Positions 1 through 11,175 are shown, numbered from the stretch's first letter. The stretch: DNA of 64,000 bases from an uncultured Candidatus Binatia bacterium (GCA_965200965.1 OZ241744.1:224001-288000), one strand, 5' to 3'. Translations and numbers: made by a program. The notes: generated by a model not told the origin, from the letters alone.

Positions 1-28
1 ACGGGGCGATGGGCACACGGGGGAACGC

Positions 29-1378
29 TTGTTTGGCACCGACGGGATTCGGGGGGTGGCCAACATTGAGCCGATGACGGCCGAAACGGCGCTGCGGCTC
101 GGACGAGCGCTGGCCTATGTCTTTCGTAATACCCCGGGGCGGCATAAAATTCTGATTGGCAAGGACACCCGTTTGTCGGGCTATATGCTTGAGACCGCCC
201 TGGCGTCCGGCATCTGTTCGATGGGCGTTGATGTGCTCTTGGTCGGGCCTCTTCCAACTCCTGGGATTGCCTTTCTGACCCGCAGCCAGCGGGCCAATGC
301 CGGGGTGGTAATCTCTGCCTCGCATAATCCGTTCCAGGATAATGGGGTCAAAATTTTTTCGCGGGATGGGTTCAAGTTGCCCGACAGCATCGAAGATATC
401 ATCGAAGGGCTGGTCATAGGCGACAAGATTAACCATTTGCGGCCCACCGCAACCGCTATCGGCAAAGCCCTCCGGATAGATGATGCCCTAGGGCGCTACA
501 GCGCCTTTGCCAAGACTACTTTTCCGCGTGAGTTGACCCTGGACGGGGTCAAAATCGTCATCGACTGCGCCAACGGCGCAGGCTACAGAGTGGCTCCCGA
601 AGTCTTGACCGAACTGGGTGCACAGGTGACCGCGATCGGGGTTGAACCGGACGGGGAGAATATCAACGCTGACTGTGGGGCGCTCCACCCCTACCACGCA
701 CAACGCTTGGTCCGAGAGACTGGGGCAGACATCGGGCTGGCCCTTGACGGCGATGCCGACCGGGCCGTCCTGGTTGACGAGACCGCCGAGATTGTCGATG
801 GTGACGCTATCCTGGCCATTGCTGCCGAGGAAAAGCTGCGCACCGGAAAACTCCCGTATAAGACCCTGGTGGCAACCGTGATGAGTAATCTCGGCCTTGA
901 GATGGCGCTGCGCCGGATGGGCGGACAGTTGGTCCGCACCCCGGTCGGTGACCGTTATGTGGTCGAAGCGATGCGGCGGGGGGGGTATGTGCTGGGCGGA
1001 GAGCAGTCCGGGCATGTTGTTTTCCTGGACACCAATACGACCGGAGACGGTCTGATTACCTTTCTGTCGATCTTGGCCATCATGGTTCAGCGCCAACAGC
1101 CACTGTCCGAACTCAAGCGCATTATGCCGCACTACCCGCAACACCTCAGCAATGTCAGGGTGCGTGAGCGGCGCGACTTGGCCCGCGTCGAACCGATTGC
1201 TCTGACCATTGAGCGGGTAACTAAAGCGCTGGGCGACTCCGGCCGCCTGCTGGTGCGCTACTCGGGGACCGAACCCTTGGTCAGGGTCATGGTCGAAGGA
1301 ACAGACGAGAGCCTGGTGCGTGGTTGCGCTGAGGAAGTGGCCGACGCGGTGCGGACACATTTGGGCGTGTCAGAGTAG
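29..1378 (+). CDS. glmM: Phosphoglucosamine mutase (true start probably upstream of the window; the frame is open to the edge)
   Basis: FGTDGIRG N-terminus, SASHNP catalytic serine loop, DGDADR metal loop, GGEQSGH and RYSGTEP motifs. Confidence 0.97.
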   Translation: MFGTDGIRGVANIEPMTAETALRLGRALAYVFRNTPGRHKILIGKDTRLSGYMLETALASGICSMGVDVLLVGPLPTPGIAFLTRSQRANAGVVISASHNPFQDNGVKIFSRDGFKLPDSIEDIIEGLVIGDKINHLRPTATAIGKALRIDDALGRYSAFAKTTFPRELTLDGVKIVIDCANGAGYRVAPEVLTELGAQVTAIGVEPDGENINADCGALHPYHAQRLVRETGADIGLALDGDADRAVLVDETAEIVDGDAILAIAAEEKLRTGKLPYKTLVATVMSNLGLEMALRRMGGQLVRTPVGDRYVVEAMRRGGYVLGGEQSGHVVFLDTNTTGDGLITFLSILAIMVQRQQPLSELKRIMPHYPQHLSNVRVRERRDLARVEPIALTIERVTKALGDSGRLLVRYSGTEPLVRVMVEGTDESLVRGCAEEVADAVRTHLGVSE

Positions 1379-1384
1379 GACAGC

Positions 1385-2995
1385 GTGACGTATCTGGTGA
1401 CCAGCCAACAGATGCGTGAGCTCGACCGGCTCACCATTGAACGCTACGGCACGCCGGGTCGGGTGCTCATGGAGCGGGCCGGAGCCGGGGCAACGGCCCA
1501 CTTGCTTGCGGCGTTTCCGCAGCTCCTGAGCGACAAAAAGCACGCTGCCGTCTTGGTGCTGGCCGGCAAGGGCAATAACGGCGGTGACGGCTTTGTCATG
1601 GCCCGCCTCCTCAAAAAACACGGCCTCGCCTGCGAGGTCGTCTTGGCTGCTAAGCGGGCGGCCGTGAGCGTCGATGCGCGCCGCCCTATGCTGGCCTTTG
1701 CCCGCGGCCGTGGGCGGATCACCGAATTGACGCAGCCGGACCAGCTGTCGCTGGTCCGGGACAAACTGAGGAGCTGTTGTGTGGTCGTTGATGCCCTGCT
1801 GGGGACCGGCCTCAACGCGCCGGTCCGGGGGCTGGCTGCCGAGCTGATTACGCTGGTCAATGCCAGCGGCCGGCCGGTGGTCGCGGCTGATATTCCGTCC
1901 GGCTTAGACGCCGACCGTGGACAGCCTCTAGGGACCGCGATTCGGGCCCAGCTGACCGCCACGTTTGGCTATCCCAAGCTCGGCCTGAGCCTGTATCCGG
2001 GGTTGAATTATGTCGGCCGTCTGGTCGTCGTCGATATCGGGATTGCGCCTGAGGCCTTGGACACAGTCCGGCCGATGGTGGGTCTGCTGAGTCCTCAAAC
2101 AGTAGCTCATCTCCTCCAGCCACGTCAGCCCGAGTCACACAAGGGCAGCTTTGGACACCTGTTGGTCCTGGCCGGTGCCCGCGGCAAGAGCGGTGCCGCA
2201 CTGTTGGCCGCCTCGGCCGGCCTGCGGGTTGGAACCGGTCTGGTAACGCTGGCCGGACCTGAGTCCCTCGTGCCGGTCTTTTCTTCAGCCCTGCTTGAAG
2301 CCATGACGGTCGGCCTGCCCGAACGCGCCGACGGCAGCCTGCGGATGACAGCAAAAGCACTGCACGCGCTGCTCCTGGATAGGACCGCCATCGCGTTTGG
2401 ACCAGGTATTAGCGTCTCGGTCGACACGCTCAGGCTGACCCGCTGGTTGCTCAAGCAGAGCGAAGTGCCGCTCCTGATTGACGCCGACGGCCTGAACTGT
2501 GTGGCAGCCCAGCCCGACATGCTGAGGGCGGCGTCGCAGCCGGTCGTACTGACCCCGCATCCGGGCGAAATGGCGCGGCTGATCGGCACGGGCACGGCTG
2601 AGGTCCAGGCCAGGCGGCTTGAGATCGCCCGCAGTTTTGCCGGCCACTCCGGGTGTTATGTCGTCCTGAAAGGCGCGCGGACGGTGGTTGCCGCTCCTGA
2701 CGGCTGGGCCTGGATCAATCCGACCGGCAACCCTGGTATGGCCAGCGGCGGTATGGGCGACGCCCTGGCCGGCATCATCGGCGGCCTTCTGGCCCAGGGC
2801 TATCAACCGGCCGAGGCGTGTCAGTTAGGCGTCTTTGTCCACGGCAGCGCCGGTGACTTGGCGGTCCAGGAGATTGGACCGGTCGGGATACTGGCCCGAG
2901 ATGTTATTGACCGGCTGCCGCGCTCACTCCAGTCGCTCTCGGCTGTTCAGACCGACCGTGTCCCGTCCACCGTCCAGACGGTGCTTCAGCCATGA
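1385..2995 (+). CDS. nnr: Bifunctional NAD(P)H-hydrate epimerase/dehydratase (YjeF)
   Basis: GKGNNGGDG, DALLGTG and DIPSG (YjeF_N); HKGSFG, DADGL, TPHPGEM and GGMGD (carbohydrate kinase-like domain). Confidence 0.95.
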   Translation: MTYLVTSQQMRELDRLTIERYGTPGRVLMERAGAGATAHLLAAFPQLLSDKKHAAVLVLAGKGNNGGDGFVMARLLKKHGLACEVVLAAKRAAVSVDARRPMLAFARGRGRITELTQPDQLSLVRDKLRSCCVVVDALLGTGLNAPVRGLAAELITLVNASGRPVVAADIPSGLDADRGQPLGTAIRAQLTATFGYPKLGLSLYPGLNYVGRLVVVDIGIAPEALDTVRPMVGLLSPQTVAHLLQPRQPESHKGSFGHLLVLAGARGKSGAALLAASAGLRVGTGLVTLAGPESLVPVFSSALLEAMTVGLPERADGSLRMTAKALHALLLDRTAIAFGPGISVSVDTLRLTRWLLKQSEVPLLIDADGLNCVAAQPDMLRAASQPVVLTPHPGEMARLIGTGTAEVQARRLEIARSFAGHSGCYVVLKGARTVVAAPDGWAWINPTGNPGMASGGMGDALAGIIGGLLAQGYQPAEACQLGVFVHGSAGDLAVQEIGPVGILARDVIDRLPRSLQSLSAVQTDRVPSTVQTVLQP

Positions 2996-3486
2996 ATGCC
3001 AGCCTGACTGTGCGAACTGTCAGTCCCCAACAGACCCGAGCGCTCGGCCGGGAGGTCGGCCAGAGCTTATTGCCCGGAGCCATTGTTGGCCTTGAGGGTG
3101 ACCTGGGGGTTGGCAAAACCTGTTTTGTGAAGGGCTTGGCCACCGGCCTGGGGCTTGACGGCGACGAGATCGCCAGCCCCACCTTTACTCTTATCGCCGA
3201 GCATTATAGGGGGAAGGCTGCGCTGTTCCATATTGACCTGTACCGTTTGGAGGGCCTTGGGGCCGAGGATATGGAGGAGCTGGGGGTTGAGGAGTATCTG
3301 TTTGGCCGGGGGGTGAGCGTGGTTGAGTGGTTTCGGTTTCTCCCGGCCGAGTTGCTTGAGGAGTATCTGCTGGTGTCCTTGCGCTTTGGGCCGGCTGATG
3401 TCCGAATGCTTACGCTGACGGCGTATGGTGAGCCTTACCGACACTTGATACGCCGGCTTGAAGAAGCCTGCCGTTTTTCCTGCTGA
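2992..3486 (+). CDS. tsaE: tRNA threonylcarbamoyladenosine biosynthesis ATPase
   Basis: GDLGVGKT Walker A, SPTFTL, HIDLYRL, VVEW; follows nnr. Confidence 0.95.
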   Translation: MNASLTVRTVSPQQTRALGREVGQSLLPGAIVGLEGDLGVGKTCFVKGLATGLGLDGDEIASPTFTLIAEHYRGKAALFHIDLYRLEGLGAEDMEELGVEEYLFGRGVSVVEWFRFLPAELLEEYLLVSLRFGPADVRMLTLTAYGEPYRHLIRRLEEACRFSC

Positions 3487-3497
3487 AGACAGATCAC

Positions 3498-4712
3498 ATG
3501 CTTATTGTTCAGAAATACGGCGGAACATCGATCGGCTCGCCTGACCGAATTAAAGCGGTCGCCCAGCGGATCGCCGAAACCCGGAACGCTGGCCACCGGG
3601 TCGCGGTGGTGGTGTCTGCCATGAGCGGTGAGACCGACCGGCTGTTGGGCTTGGCTAGGCAGGTGACACAGCGGCCCGACGCCCAGGCCAGCGATCTCCT
3701 GGTTTCAACCGGAGAACAAGTCACCGTGGCCCTGCTGTCTATGGCTCTGAAAGACATGGGCTATCCGACCCAACCGCTGCTCGGCCATCAGGTCGCAATT
3801 ACCACCGATAGCGCCTTTGGCCGGGCGCGGATCCAGCGCATCGCAACCGAGCGTCTGACCGGCGTGCTCAACAGCGGTGCCATCGTCGTGGTGGCCGGCT
3901 TTCAGGGGGTTGACGCCGCCGACAACATCACCACCCTGGGCCGGGGCGGGTCAGATACCTCGGCAGTGGCTATTGCGGCTGTGACCCGGGCCGATGTATG
4001 CGAGATTTACACCGATGTGGACGGCGTGTATACCGCGGACCCGCGCCTCTGTCCCAACGCCCGCAAGCTTCGGCGCATCTCCTACGACGAGATGCTTGAA
4101 TTGGCCAGCCTGGGAGCAAAAGTTTTGCAGATCCGGGCGGTTGAGTTTGCCAAACGCCATCAGGTAGCGGTCCATGTCCGGTCGAGCTTTGCGCCGGACA
4201 CCGGAACGTTTTTGGTCGAAGAGGAGCCGAGTATGGAAGATGTGATCGTCTCAGGCGTGACATCTGACCTGAACCAAGCCAAAATTACCCTACAGCAGGT
4301 TCCCGACCGGCCAGGTCTGGCGGCCAAGTTGTTTACCCCGATTGCCGATGACAATATTGTGGTCGATATGATCATCCAAAACGCCAGCGCTGAGGGCTAT
4401 ACCGACCTGACCTTTACCGTACCCCAAGACGACGTGCAAAGGGCGCTGAGCCGGGTTGAATCCATTGCCGAAGAGATTCAGGCCGGCGGGGTGACGTTCG
4501 ACCCGCAGGTCGCCAAGGTGTCTATCGTCGGCCTCGGCATGCGCAGCCATGCCGGGGTGGCGTCGCGCACGTTTCAGGTCTTGGCCGGCGAGGGGATCAA
4601 CATCCAGATGATTTCGACCTCAGAGATTAAAATTTCCATTGTCATTGAGGCCAAATACCGCGAGCTGGCCGTCCGCGTCTTGCACGACGAGTTTATCGCC
4701 CCGGCCCAGTAA
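3498..4712 (+). CDS. lysC: Aspartate kinase
   Basis: [24 protein letters not shown], two ACT domains, STSEIKIS. Confidence 0.96.
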   Translation: MLIVQKYGGTSIGSPDRIKAVAQRIAETRNAGHRVAVVVSAMSGETDRLLGLARQVTQRPDAQASDLLVSTGEQVTVALLSMALKDMGYPTQPLLGHQVAITTDSAFGRARIQRIATERLTGVLNSGAIVVVAGFQGVDAADNITTLGRGGSDTSAVAIAAVTRADVCEIYTDVDGVYTADPRLCPNARKLRRISYDEMLELASLGAKVLQIRAVEFAKRHQVAVHVRSSFAPDTGTFLVEEEPSMEDVIVSGVTSDLNQAKITLQQVPDRPGLAAKLFTPIADDNIVVDMIIQNASAEGYTDLTFTVPQDDVQRALSRVESIAEEIQAGGVTFDPQVAKVSIVGLGMRSHAGVASRTFQVLAGEGINIQMISTSEIKISIVIEAKYRELAVRVLHDEFIAPAQ

Positions 4713-4739
4713 AGCGCACCTGCTTCTCAGAGGTTCACC

Positions 4740-6356
4740 ATGCAACGCATAGTCCTATACGATACCACCCTGCGTGACGGCTGCCAGTCCGAAGACGTGG
4801 CCTTTACTCTGGAAGATAAGCTGTTGGTCGCCCAACAGCTGGACAATTTCGGCATTCGCTACATTGAGGGCGGCTGGCCTGGCTCTAACCCGCGCGACGA
4901 AGAGTTTTTTAGCGCGGTCAAAAAGCTGTCTCTCAAACAGGCCAGAATTGCCGCCTTTGGCTCCACCCGTCGGGCCACTATCGCGGCCGCCGATGACCTG
5001 AATATCCGCTTGTTGCTCCAAGCCGGGACCCCGGTCGTCACCATCGTCGGCAAGACCTGGGATCTGCATGTCCGAGACGATCTGCGGATTTCACAACAGG
5101 CCAACCTTGACGTCATTGGCGACTCGATTGCCTATCTCAAGACCCGCGTGGATGAGGTCTTTTTTGACGCCGAGCACTTTTTTGACGGCTATCGGGCCAA
5201 CCCCGACTATGCCCTGGCCTGCCTGAAGGTGGCTGCCGAAGCCGGGGCCGATGTGCTGGTCTTATGTGATACACGCGGGGGCAGCATGCCGCACGAGGTT
5301 CAGGAGTTGACCCAGGCAGCCGCCCGGCTGGGGAGCCGCCTGGGCATTCACTGCCACAACGACTGCGAGCTGGCCGTTGCCAACTCGCTGGCCGGCGTAG
5401 AGGGCGGAGCCAGTCAAGTACAGGGCACGATTAACGGTTTTGGCGAGCGGTGCGGCAACGCCAACCTGTGCTCAGTCGTCCCGAATCTCCAGCTCAAACT
5501 CGGCTACCAGTGTGTCAGCCCGGACCAGCTCAAGACTCTGCCGACGGTGTCCCGCACGGTGTACGAACTGGCCAATATCGAACCCCACAAACGCCAAGCC
5601 TATGTTGGTGCCAGCGCCTTTGCCCATAAGGGCGGGCTGCACGTCGCCGCGGTCCAAAAAAACCGCCAGACCTACGAACATATCGATCCCGAGCTGATCG
5701 GCAACCACCAGCGCGTCCTGGTCTCTGACTTGTCGGGCCGCAGCAATGTGATCTACAAAGCCAGGCAGTTCGGGCTTGACGTGGACAATACCGACCCCGC
5801 GGTCAAAACGATTCTGCGCGAGGTCAAACAGCTCGAAAACGCCGGCTTCCAGTATGAGGGGGCTGACGCATCGTTTGAGTTGCTGATGCAAAAAGCGTTG
5901 AACGGCAAGGTGCGCCACTTCCGTTTGATCGGCTTTCGGGTGATTGATGAGAAGCGCAAAGAGGACGAGCTCTCCCTGTCTGAGGCCACGATCATAGTCG
6001 AAGGCCCGGACGGGGCGGTTGAGCATACCGCGGCCCAGGGCAACGGGCCGATTAACGCCCTTGACCGCGCGCTGCGCAAAGCCCTGACCCAGTTCTATCC
6101 CCAGCTCGAAACAATGGAGCTGCTCGACTACAAGGTCCGGGTCCTGGGCGGAGACGCCGGAACCGGGGCAACGGTGCGGGTATTGATTGAATCCGGGGAC
6201 GAACACAGCAAATGGGGAACGGTCGGGGTGTCGCCAAATGTGATTGAGGCCAGCTGGCAGGCGCTGGTTGATAGCATTGAGTACAAACTGTACAAAGATA
6301 AAAAGCGCACAGGCGAACCCGTGCCAGCCGAGGGGCCCGCTCCGTCGCGGGCCTGA
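4740..6356 (+). CDS. cimA: Citramalate synthase (LeuA/CimA family)
   Basis: DTTLRDG, IEGGWPGSNP, FDAEHFFDG, HCHND, FAHKGGLH; usual position after lysC. Confidence 0.9.
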   Translation: MQRIVLYDTTLRDGCQSEDVAFTLEDKLLVAQQLDNFGIRYIEGGWPGSNPRDEEFFSAVKKLSLKQARIAAFGSTRRATIAAADDLNIRLLLQAGTPVVTIVGKTWDLHVRDDLRISQQANLDVIGDSIAYLKTRVDEVFFDAEHFFDGYRANPDYALACLKVAAEAGADVLVLCDTRGGSMPHEVQELTQAAARLGSRLGIHCHNDCELAVANSLAGVEGGASQVQGTINGFGERCGNANLCSVVPNLQLKLGYQCVSPDQLKTLPTVSRTVYELANIEPHKRQAYVGASAFAHKGGLHVAAVQKNRQTYEHIDPELIGNHQRVLVSDLSGRSNVIYKARQFGLDVDNTDPAVKTILREVKQLENAGFQYEGADASFELLMQKALNGKVRHFRLIGFRVIDEKRKEDELSLSEATIIVEGPDGAVEHTAAQGNGPINALDRALRKALTQFYPQLETMELLDYKVRVLGGDAGTGATVRVLIESGDEHSKWGTVGVSPNVIEASWQALVDSIEYKLYKDKKRTGEPVPAEGPAPSRA

Positions 6357-6381
6357 ACAGACTGATTTTTCCCGGCTTTCC

Positions 6382-6963
6382 ATGCTTCGACGGACATACG
6401 ACTGGGTCCTCGGCTGGGCTGACCATCGCTATGGCGGCTTGGCCCTGCTGCTGTTCGCTTTTGTCGAGTCGTCCTTCTTTCCCATTCCGCCTGATGTGCT
6501 GCTGATGGCCCTGGCCCTGGGCAAACCAGGGGCGGCTTTTCGGTTTGCCCTGCTCTGTTCGGTCGGCTCTGTTGCCGGCGGGTTGGGCGGCTATCTGATC
6601 GGCTGGCTCTTGATGGACGCGATCGGTCGGCCGATCATTGAACTATATAACGCTCAGGCCGCGTTTGCCGAGGTGCAGCAGCGATTCACCGACTATGGGG
6701 GCTGGGCCGTTGCCATTGCCGGCTTTACGCCTATTCCGTACAAGGTATTCACCATTGCCGCGGGAGCAACCCAGATGTCGCTGACGATCTTTGTGATTGC
6801 TTCGAGCCTGAGCCGCTCGGCCCGTTTTTTCCTGGTGAGCGGCCTGATCTATTACTACGGCCCGACCATCACGACCTTCATTGACAAATACTTCAACATC
6901 CTGACAATAGTCTTTACGATTCTGGTGCTGCTCGGATTTGTGGTTCTGGGCTGGTCCGGCTAG
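6382..6963 (+). CDS. YqaA/DedA-family membrane protein
   Basis: ESSFFPIPPD and GFTPIPYKVF motifs; ATG at 6382 chosen over the longer track ORF. Confidence 0.88.
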   Translation: MLRRTYDWVLGWADHRYGGLALLLFAFVESSFFPIPPDVLLMALALGKPGAAFRFALLCSVGSVAGGLGGYLIGWLLMDAIGRPIIELYNAQAAFAEVQQRFTDYGGWAVAIAGFTPIPYKVFTIAAGATQMSLTIFVIASSLSRSARFFLVSGLIYYYGPTITTFIDKYFNILTIVFTILVLLGFVVLGWSG

Positions 6964-7000
6964 AGAATGGGAGAGCAGCGGTGAGAGTGAAGGAGTGGCG

Positions 7001-7708
7001 GTGCGGAGGCGGGTGGTTCTCGGGCTGGGGCTTATGCTGCTGTGGTGTGTGGGCCTGACGGCCTGCTCACGCGGGGCCAGACAGTTGGTTCATACTGTTC
7101 GACCGGGTGACACCCTGTCTGCTATCGGTGTGCGCTACGGCGTCCCCTTTCAGGACATTTCCCGGCTGAATGATCTTGCAGACCCGGATAAAATTGAGGC
7201 CGGTCAACGCCTGCGTATCCCCCACGGCGGGACCGACTCGCGCACAAGCGGCCGTCGCCAGTTGGCCGGCCGGGCCGTAAAGCAAAAGCCCGGCTCGCCC
7301 CGGCCGGCCCCGACCACGGGCCGTTTTCTCTGGCCGACCACAGGCGTGTTGACCTCTCGATTCGGGCCACGCAACAACAGCTTTCATGACGGGATTGACA
7401 TTGCTGCTCCGGTCGGCACCCCGGTCGTGGCCGCCGCTCCAGGCGAAGTCATCTACAGTGGAGAGTTGCGCGGCTATGGGAAGGTCATTATTGTGCGGCA
7501 CGGCAATGGCTATGCCTCGGTGTATGCCCACAACAGCACCCACTATGTGAAACAGGGCCAGTTCGTGAAACAGGGCCAGCGGATCGCCGCGGTCGGCAAG
7601 ACCGGACGGGCCACCGGCCCCAACTTGCATTTTGAGATCCGACGCCATAATAAACCCCGGAATCCGCTCAAACTCTTGCCCTCGAACCGTCAGGTCGTCG
7701 GCAGATAA
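7001..7708 (+). CDS. LysM + M23 peptidase lipoprotein (NlpD-like)
   Basis: Lipobox LTAC, LysM (HTVRPGDTL), M23 motifs HDGID and HFE; AGGAG at 6991. Confidence 0.9.
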   Translation: MRRRVVLGLGLMLLWCVGLTACSRGARQLVHTVRPGDTLSAIGVRYGVPFQDISRLNDLADPDKIEAGQRLRIPHGGTDSRTSGRRQLAGRAVKQKPGSPRPAPTTGRFLWPTTGVLTSRFGPRNNSFHDGIDIAAPVGTPVVAAAPGEVIYSGELRGYGKVIIVRHGNGYASVYAHNSTHYVKQGQFVKQGQRIAAVGKTGRATGPNLHFEIRRHNKPRNPLKLLPSNRQVVGR

Positions 7709-7724
7709 CGCGCCGGAGACCGCC

Positions 7725-8240
7725 ATGCTTGACCTCAAAGCTTATATCCGCAGCATCCCGGATTTTCCCAAACCGGGTATTGTGTTCCGTGACATCACCC
7801 CCCTGCTGGCCAACGGTTCAGCTTGGCGGGCGTGTATTGATCGCTTGGCCGAGCGCTATCAGAACCGGGTTGATACGGTCGTGGGGATAGAGGCGCGCGG
7901 CTTCCTGGTCAGCACCGCGCTCGCCTATAGCCTGGGCTGCGGCCTGGCACTGGTGCGCAAGCCCGACAAGCTGCCGGCGGCAACATTTGCGGCCAACTAT
8001 GAGTTGGAATACGGCACCGACCGCTTAGAGATCCACCAGGACGCGTTTACGTCCGGCAGTCGCGTCGTGCTGGTTGACGATCTGTTGGCCACCGGCGGCA
8101 CAGCCCGGGCTGCGCTGCAACTCATCCGTCAACTCCGCGGCGAGGTGATAGAAGTCGCCTTTCTGGTTGAACTGGCCACTTTGGGTGGCCGTCAGCATCT
8201 CGCCCCGCATGAGGTGTTTGCGCTGATGGAGTTCAATTAG
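7725..8240 (+). CDS. apt: Adenine phosphoribosyltransferase
   Basis: IPDFPKPGIVFRDITPLL, GIEARGF, LEYGTD, VDDLLATGGT. Confidence 0.96.
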   Translation: MLDLKAYIRSIPDFPKPGIVFRDITPLLANGSAWRACIDRLAERYQNRVDTVVGIEARGFLVSTALAYSLGCGLALVRKPDKLPAATFAANYELEYGTDRLEIHQDAFTSGSRVVLVDDLLATGGTARAALQLIRQLRGEVIEVAFLVELATLGGRQHLAPHEVFALMEFN

Positions 8241-9217
8241 CCGGTCCGCCCGCGACGCTCTGCCCGATCCTCCACCAAGCGGGCGCGCAGCGCCGCAATG
8301 TGGCCCGGCGTGGTCCGACAACAACCGCCGATCAGCGCCGCTCCGGCTTGCCGCCAAGTCCGAGCCGCGGCCGCAAAGTCAACCTCCAGGAGCGACGCGC
8401 CCCACCGTCGAGTCTGCCTGTCATAGCCCTGGGCACAGTTGGGGTAGACGATAAGCGGTTTGGCAGTGACCCCGCGGAGCGTCTCAAGCAGGGGCAAAAC
8501 AGCGCTTGGGGAGGAGCAGTTTACGCCCAGCGCGACCACCTGGGGAAGGTCAACAAACGGGGCCAGGGCTTCCGCCAGCGGCGTGCCGTCACTGAGGTGG
8601 CGTCCATCCCGACAGCTAAAGCTGACCCAGGCCGGGCGGCCGGGCGTTTCGCACAGCAGGCCGGCCAGCGCCCGCGCCTCAAGCACGCAGGGAATCGTCT
8701 CGCAGGCCAGCAGGTCGGCCCGACTAGCAGCCAACACCGACCAGCGTGGCCGATGAAAATCGAGTAGTTCGTTCTCGCTCAGGCCGTACCTGCCGGTGTA
8801 CTCAGACCCGTCGGCCCGATAGGCACCGCAGGGGCCGATACTGGCCGCAACCAGCGGTCGCAGGCGGCCGGGTCGATTGTCGGCCTTGGACCAAAACGCC
8901 TCGCGCGCGTTCAGGGCCAACTCGACCGATGTGCGGAGCAGCGCGACGGCGTGGCTGTGGCTATAGCCATGCTCCACAAAGCCGGGCAGGCTGGCCTGAT
9001 AACCGGCCGTGATGATGCAGTCGGCACCGGCCGCCAAGTAGTCGGCATGGACCTGTTGAATAGCCTCGGGCGCGGTGTCTAACAGGCGGGCCGACCACAG
9101 CCCATCAATGAGTTGATGGCCGCGCGCTTCAAGTTCGGTTGCCAGCCCACCGTCGATAATCAGGACGCCGTTGCGGGCCAAAAAGGGCGTCAGCAGTGAG
9201 TCTGGAGGGGAAGGCAC
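8237..9217 (-). CDS. mmuM: Homocysteine S-methyltransferase
   Basis: DGGLATELE, WSA, ADGSEYTG, CETIP, GVNC and GGCC zinc ligands. Confidence 0.92.
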   Translation of the reverse strand: MPSPPDSLLTPFLARNGVLIIDGGLATELEARGHQLIDGLWSARLLDTAPEAIQQVHADYLAAGADCIITAGYQASLPGFVEHGYSHSHAVALLRTSVELALNAREAFWSKADNRPGRLRPLVAASIGPCGAYRADGSEYTGRYGLSENELLDFHRPRWSVLAASRADLLACETIPCVLEARALAGLLCETPGRPAWVSFSCRDGRHLSDGTPLAEALAPFVDLPQVVALGVNCSSPSAVLPLLETLRGVTAKPLIVYPNCAQGYDRQTRRWGASLLEVDFAAAARTWRQAGAALIGGCCRTTPGHIAALRARLVEDRAERRGRTG

Positions 9218-9336
9218 GGATGACCTGAACAGTGCTGGACAGAATTTGAAGCCCTACACGCTGAGGGTCTGGATCCCTCGCCGGGTTCTTCGTATCATAG
9301 CCGGGCGTCACCCACAACGGATGAAGGGCTGTCTGT

Positions 9337-9552
9337 CATGACGGGCGGGTGGTGAAGGCTCTGGCCGACGGGGTGCTTGTCATGGACCGGGGCCGTAGTG
9401 TGGAACGCGGCCCAGCCGACAAGGTCCTGACCCGTCCCCAGTACGCCTGCACCGAGCGGCTCGTGGCCGCTGTTCCCCAACTTGACCCGGGTTTGGCTGA
9501 CCGGGATGATGGCCGACCGCTCGAGTGCATGAATCACCCCCAGAAAGGATAG
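9337..9552 (+). pseudogene. C-terminal remnant of a peptide ABC transporter ATPase
   Basis: Reads HD..VVKALADGVLVMDRGRSVERGPADKVLTRPQ...ERLVAAVP (H-loop plus oligopeptide ATPase tail); in-frame stop just upstream; no Walker A. Confidence 0.65.
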
Positions 9553-9562
9553 GCGCTCGACT

Positions 9563-10426
9563 GTGGCCTACTTCCTCCTCATCGCTGTCGTCAGCCTGTG
9601 GGCCGGGAATTTCCCGGCCGGAAAGTTTGCCCTGACCCTGGTCGGAACCTTCACCCTGATGGCTATCCGGACAATATTCGGTGCCCTGGCCCTCAATCTC
9701 TTGGGCCGTCAGTCAAACCCGGACTGGTGGCGTGAAATCCGTACAGACCCCAAGAGCAGTCTCATCATGGCCTGCACCGGGGTCCTGGCTTCGGGCGGGC
9801 TGTTCTATGCCGGGCTGAAGATGACGTCGTCGTCCAACGCTGGCATCCTGGCCGCGGCCACGCCGATCTGGGTGACCCTGCTGTCGTGGCTGTTTTTGAG
9901 GGAGAAACTCAGCCTGCTCAATGGTGCCGGAGTCGTCCTGTCCTGGGTCGGCTTGGTAGCCATCATATGTCAAGGTTCGCTAGCCAATCTGCTCCGACGC
10001 TCGTTCAACTGGGGCGACATGCTGATTCTGGTCGGCCAGATCAACTGGGCGGTGTATACCGTCTATAGCCGGGTTGCCCTGCGCCAGCGCTCGCCTACCG
10101 CGGCGACGGCCAGCGCCTACCTAGTCAGCGCGGTCGCCCTGCTCCCGGTCTTTTTCTTTGAGGAGCCCGTACAACCGGCCTTTGAGTTCAGTCCGATTTT
10201 GCTCGTCGCCGTCGCCTATTTGTGTGTCCTGTCGCCCCTGACCAATCTGTTATACTATCAAGCCCTGACGCATATCAGTCCCCATCGGGCGGCCGTGTTC
10301 ATGAACCTCATTCCGATCATCGTGCTGGTGTTTTCTGCCGTTTTTCTTGGCGAGCAGATCACCGCTGTGCATGTGTGGGGAACCCTCTTCGTGATTGGCG
10401 GGGTACTGATGACGACCCAACGCTGA
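9563..10426 (+). CDS. DMT/EamA-family transporter
   Basis: About 10 hydrophobic segments, two EamA repeats (FLREK, FLGEQI). Confidence 0.9.
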   Translation: MAYFLLIAVVSLWAGNFPAGKFALTLVGTFTLMAIRTIFGALALNLLGRQSNPDWWREIRTDPKSSLIMACTGVLASGGLFYAGLKMTSSSNAGILAAATPIWVTLLSWLFLREKLSLLNGAGVVLSWVGLVAIICQGSLANLLRRSFNWGDMLILVGQINWAVYTVYSRVALRQRSPTAATASAYLVSAVALLPVFFFEEPVQPAFEFSPILLVAVAYLCVLSPLTNLLYYQALTHISPHRAAVFMNLIPIIVLVFSAVFLGEQITAVHVWGTLFVIGGVLMTTQR

Positions 10427-10513
10427 GCTGCGTCGCCGTTTTCCCGATTGATTTCTTCTTCCTGCTGAGATATCTGGCTGGGGTGACGACCGACCGTCTT
10501 GTCCGAGGAAGCC

Positions 10514-11155
10514 ATGCAGGAACCGTCCCGCGCTGTTGAGCTCAGCCACAAGACGCGGCCGGGAAAGACGACCCGGACGCGCCTGATCAAAGGCACAGCC
10601 ATATTCTTGCTGTTCGTCTTTGCTACCTCCGCCCTCCAGGGCAACTTGGCGAGCGCTCTGGTGTGGATGAGCGGCGGGCTTGGTATCTGGATTGTGTGGA
10701 AGAGCTACACCCGCCAGCGTGAGCGGAGCGAGCGGCTGCACGAACTCGACATCATGTCGGACGCCGCGTTTTCCCGCCACGCGGCCGAGCTGTTGCGGGC
10801 CCAGGGCTATGCGGTCACTCCGCTGGTCCGCTCTCGTCCGCCGGGGGCCGATTTCCTGTTGACCCGGGGCGCTGAACGGCGGCTGGGGCGGGTGTGCCGA
10901 CACCCCCGACCGCTCACAGACACGGTGGTCATTGAGGCACTGACCGCTGGCCACGCCCAGGGCTGTGACGGCGTGCTGGTCCTGGCCAACCAGCCGTTCA
11001 GCCTCCGCGCCCGGACGCTGGCCCGACGTGAGGGTTGTGTCCTGATCGATCGTGAGACCCTGGCCACGCTGGTCAGTCAGTATCGCCAGGGCCACCGGGT
11101 ATTGGCCTTTCAGTCTCTCCACCAGGGCCGCGGCCGGCGTCGGAGACACCCCTGA
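10514..11155 (+). CDS. Membrane-anchored Mrr-like restriction endonuclease-fold protein, catalytic motif degenerate
   Basis: Two N-terminal TM segments, then F..AELLRAQGY...GAD...FS..AR..A...VLIDRETL pattern of Mrr_cat; QxK motif absent. Confidence 0.65.
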   Translation: MQEPSRAVELSHKTRPGKTTRTRLIKGTAIFLLFVFATSALQGNLASALVWMSGGLGIWIVWKSYTRQRERSERLHELDIMSDAAFSRHAAELLRAQGYAVTPLVRSRPPGADFLLTRGAERRLGRVCRHPRPLTDTVVIEALTAGHAQGCDGVLVLANQPFSLRARTLARREGCVLIDRETLATLVSQYRQGHRVLAFQSLHQGRGRRRRHP

Positions 11156-11175
11156 GCGGCGCGGAGAGAGGCCAG

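Noticed and set aside
488-7738. Long antisense ORFs over housekeeping genes (488-1360, 5472-6383, 7067-7738)
   Set aside because: They lie opposite well-supported genes and have no recognisable motifs.
9220-9335. SAM riboswitch upstream of mmuM
   Set aside because: A GGCGAGGGA...CCC segment is suggestive, but I could not find the P1 helix or the GCAACC/GUGC core; needs an Rfam covariance search.
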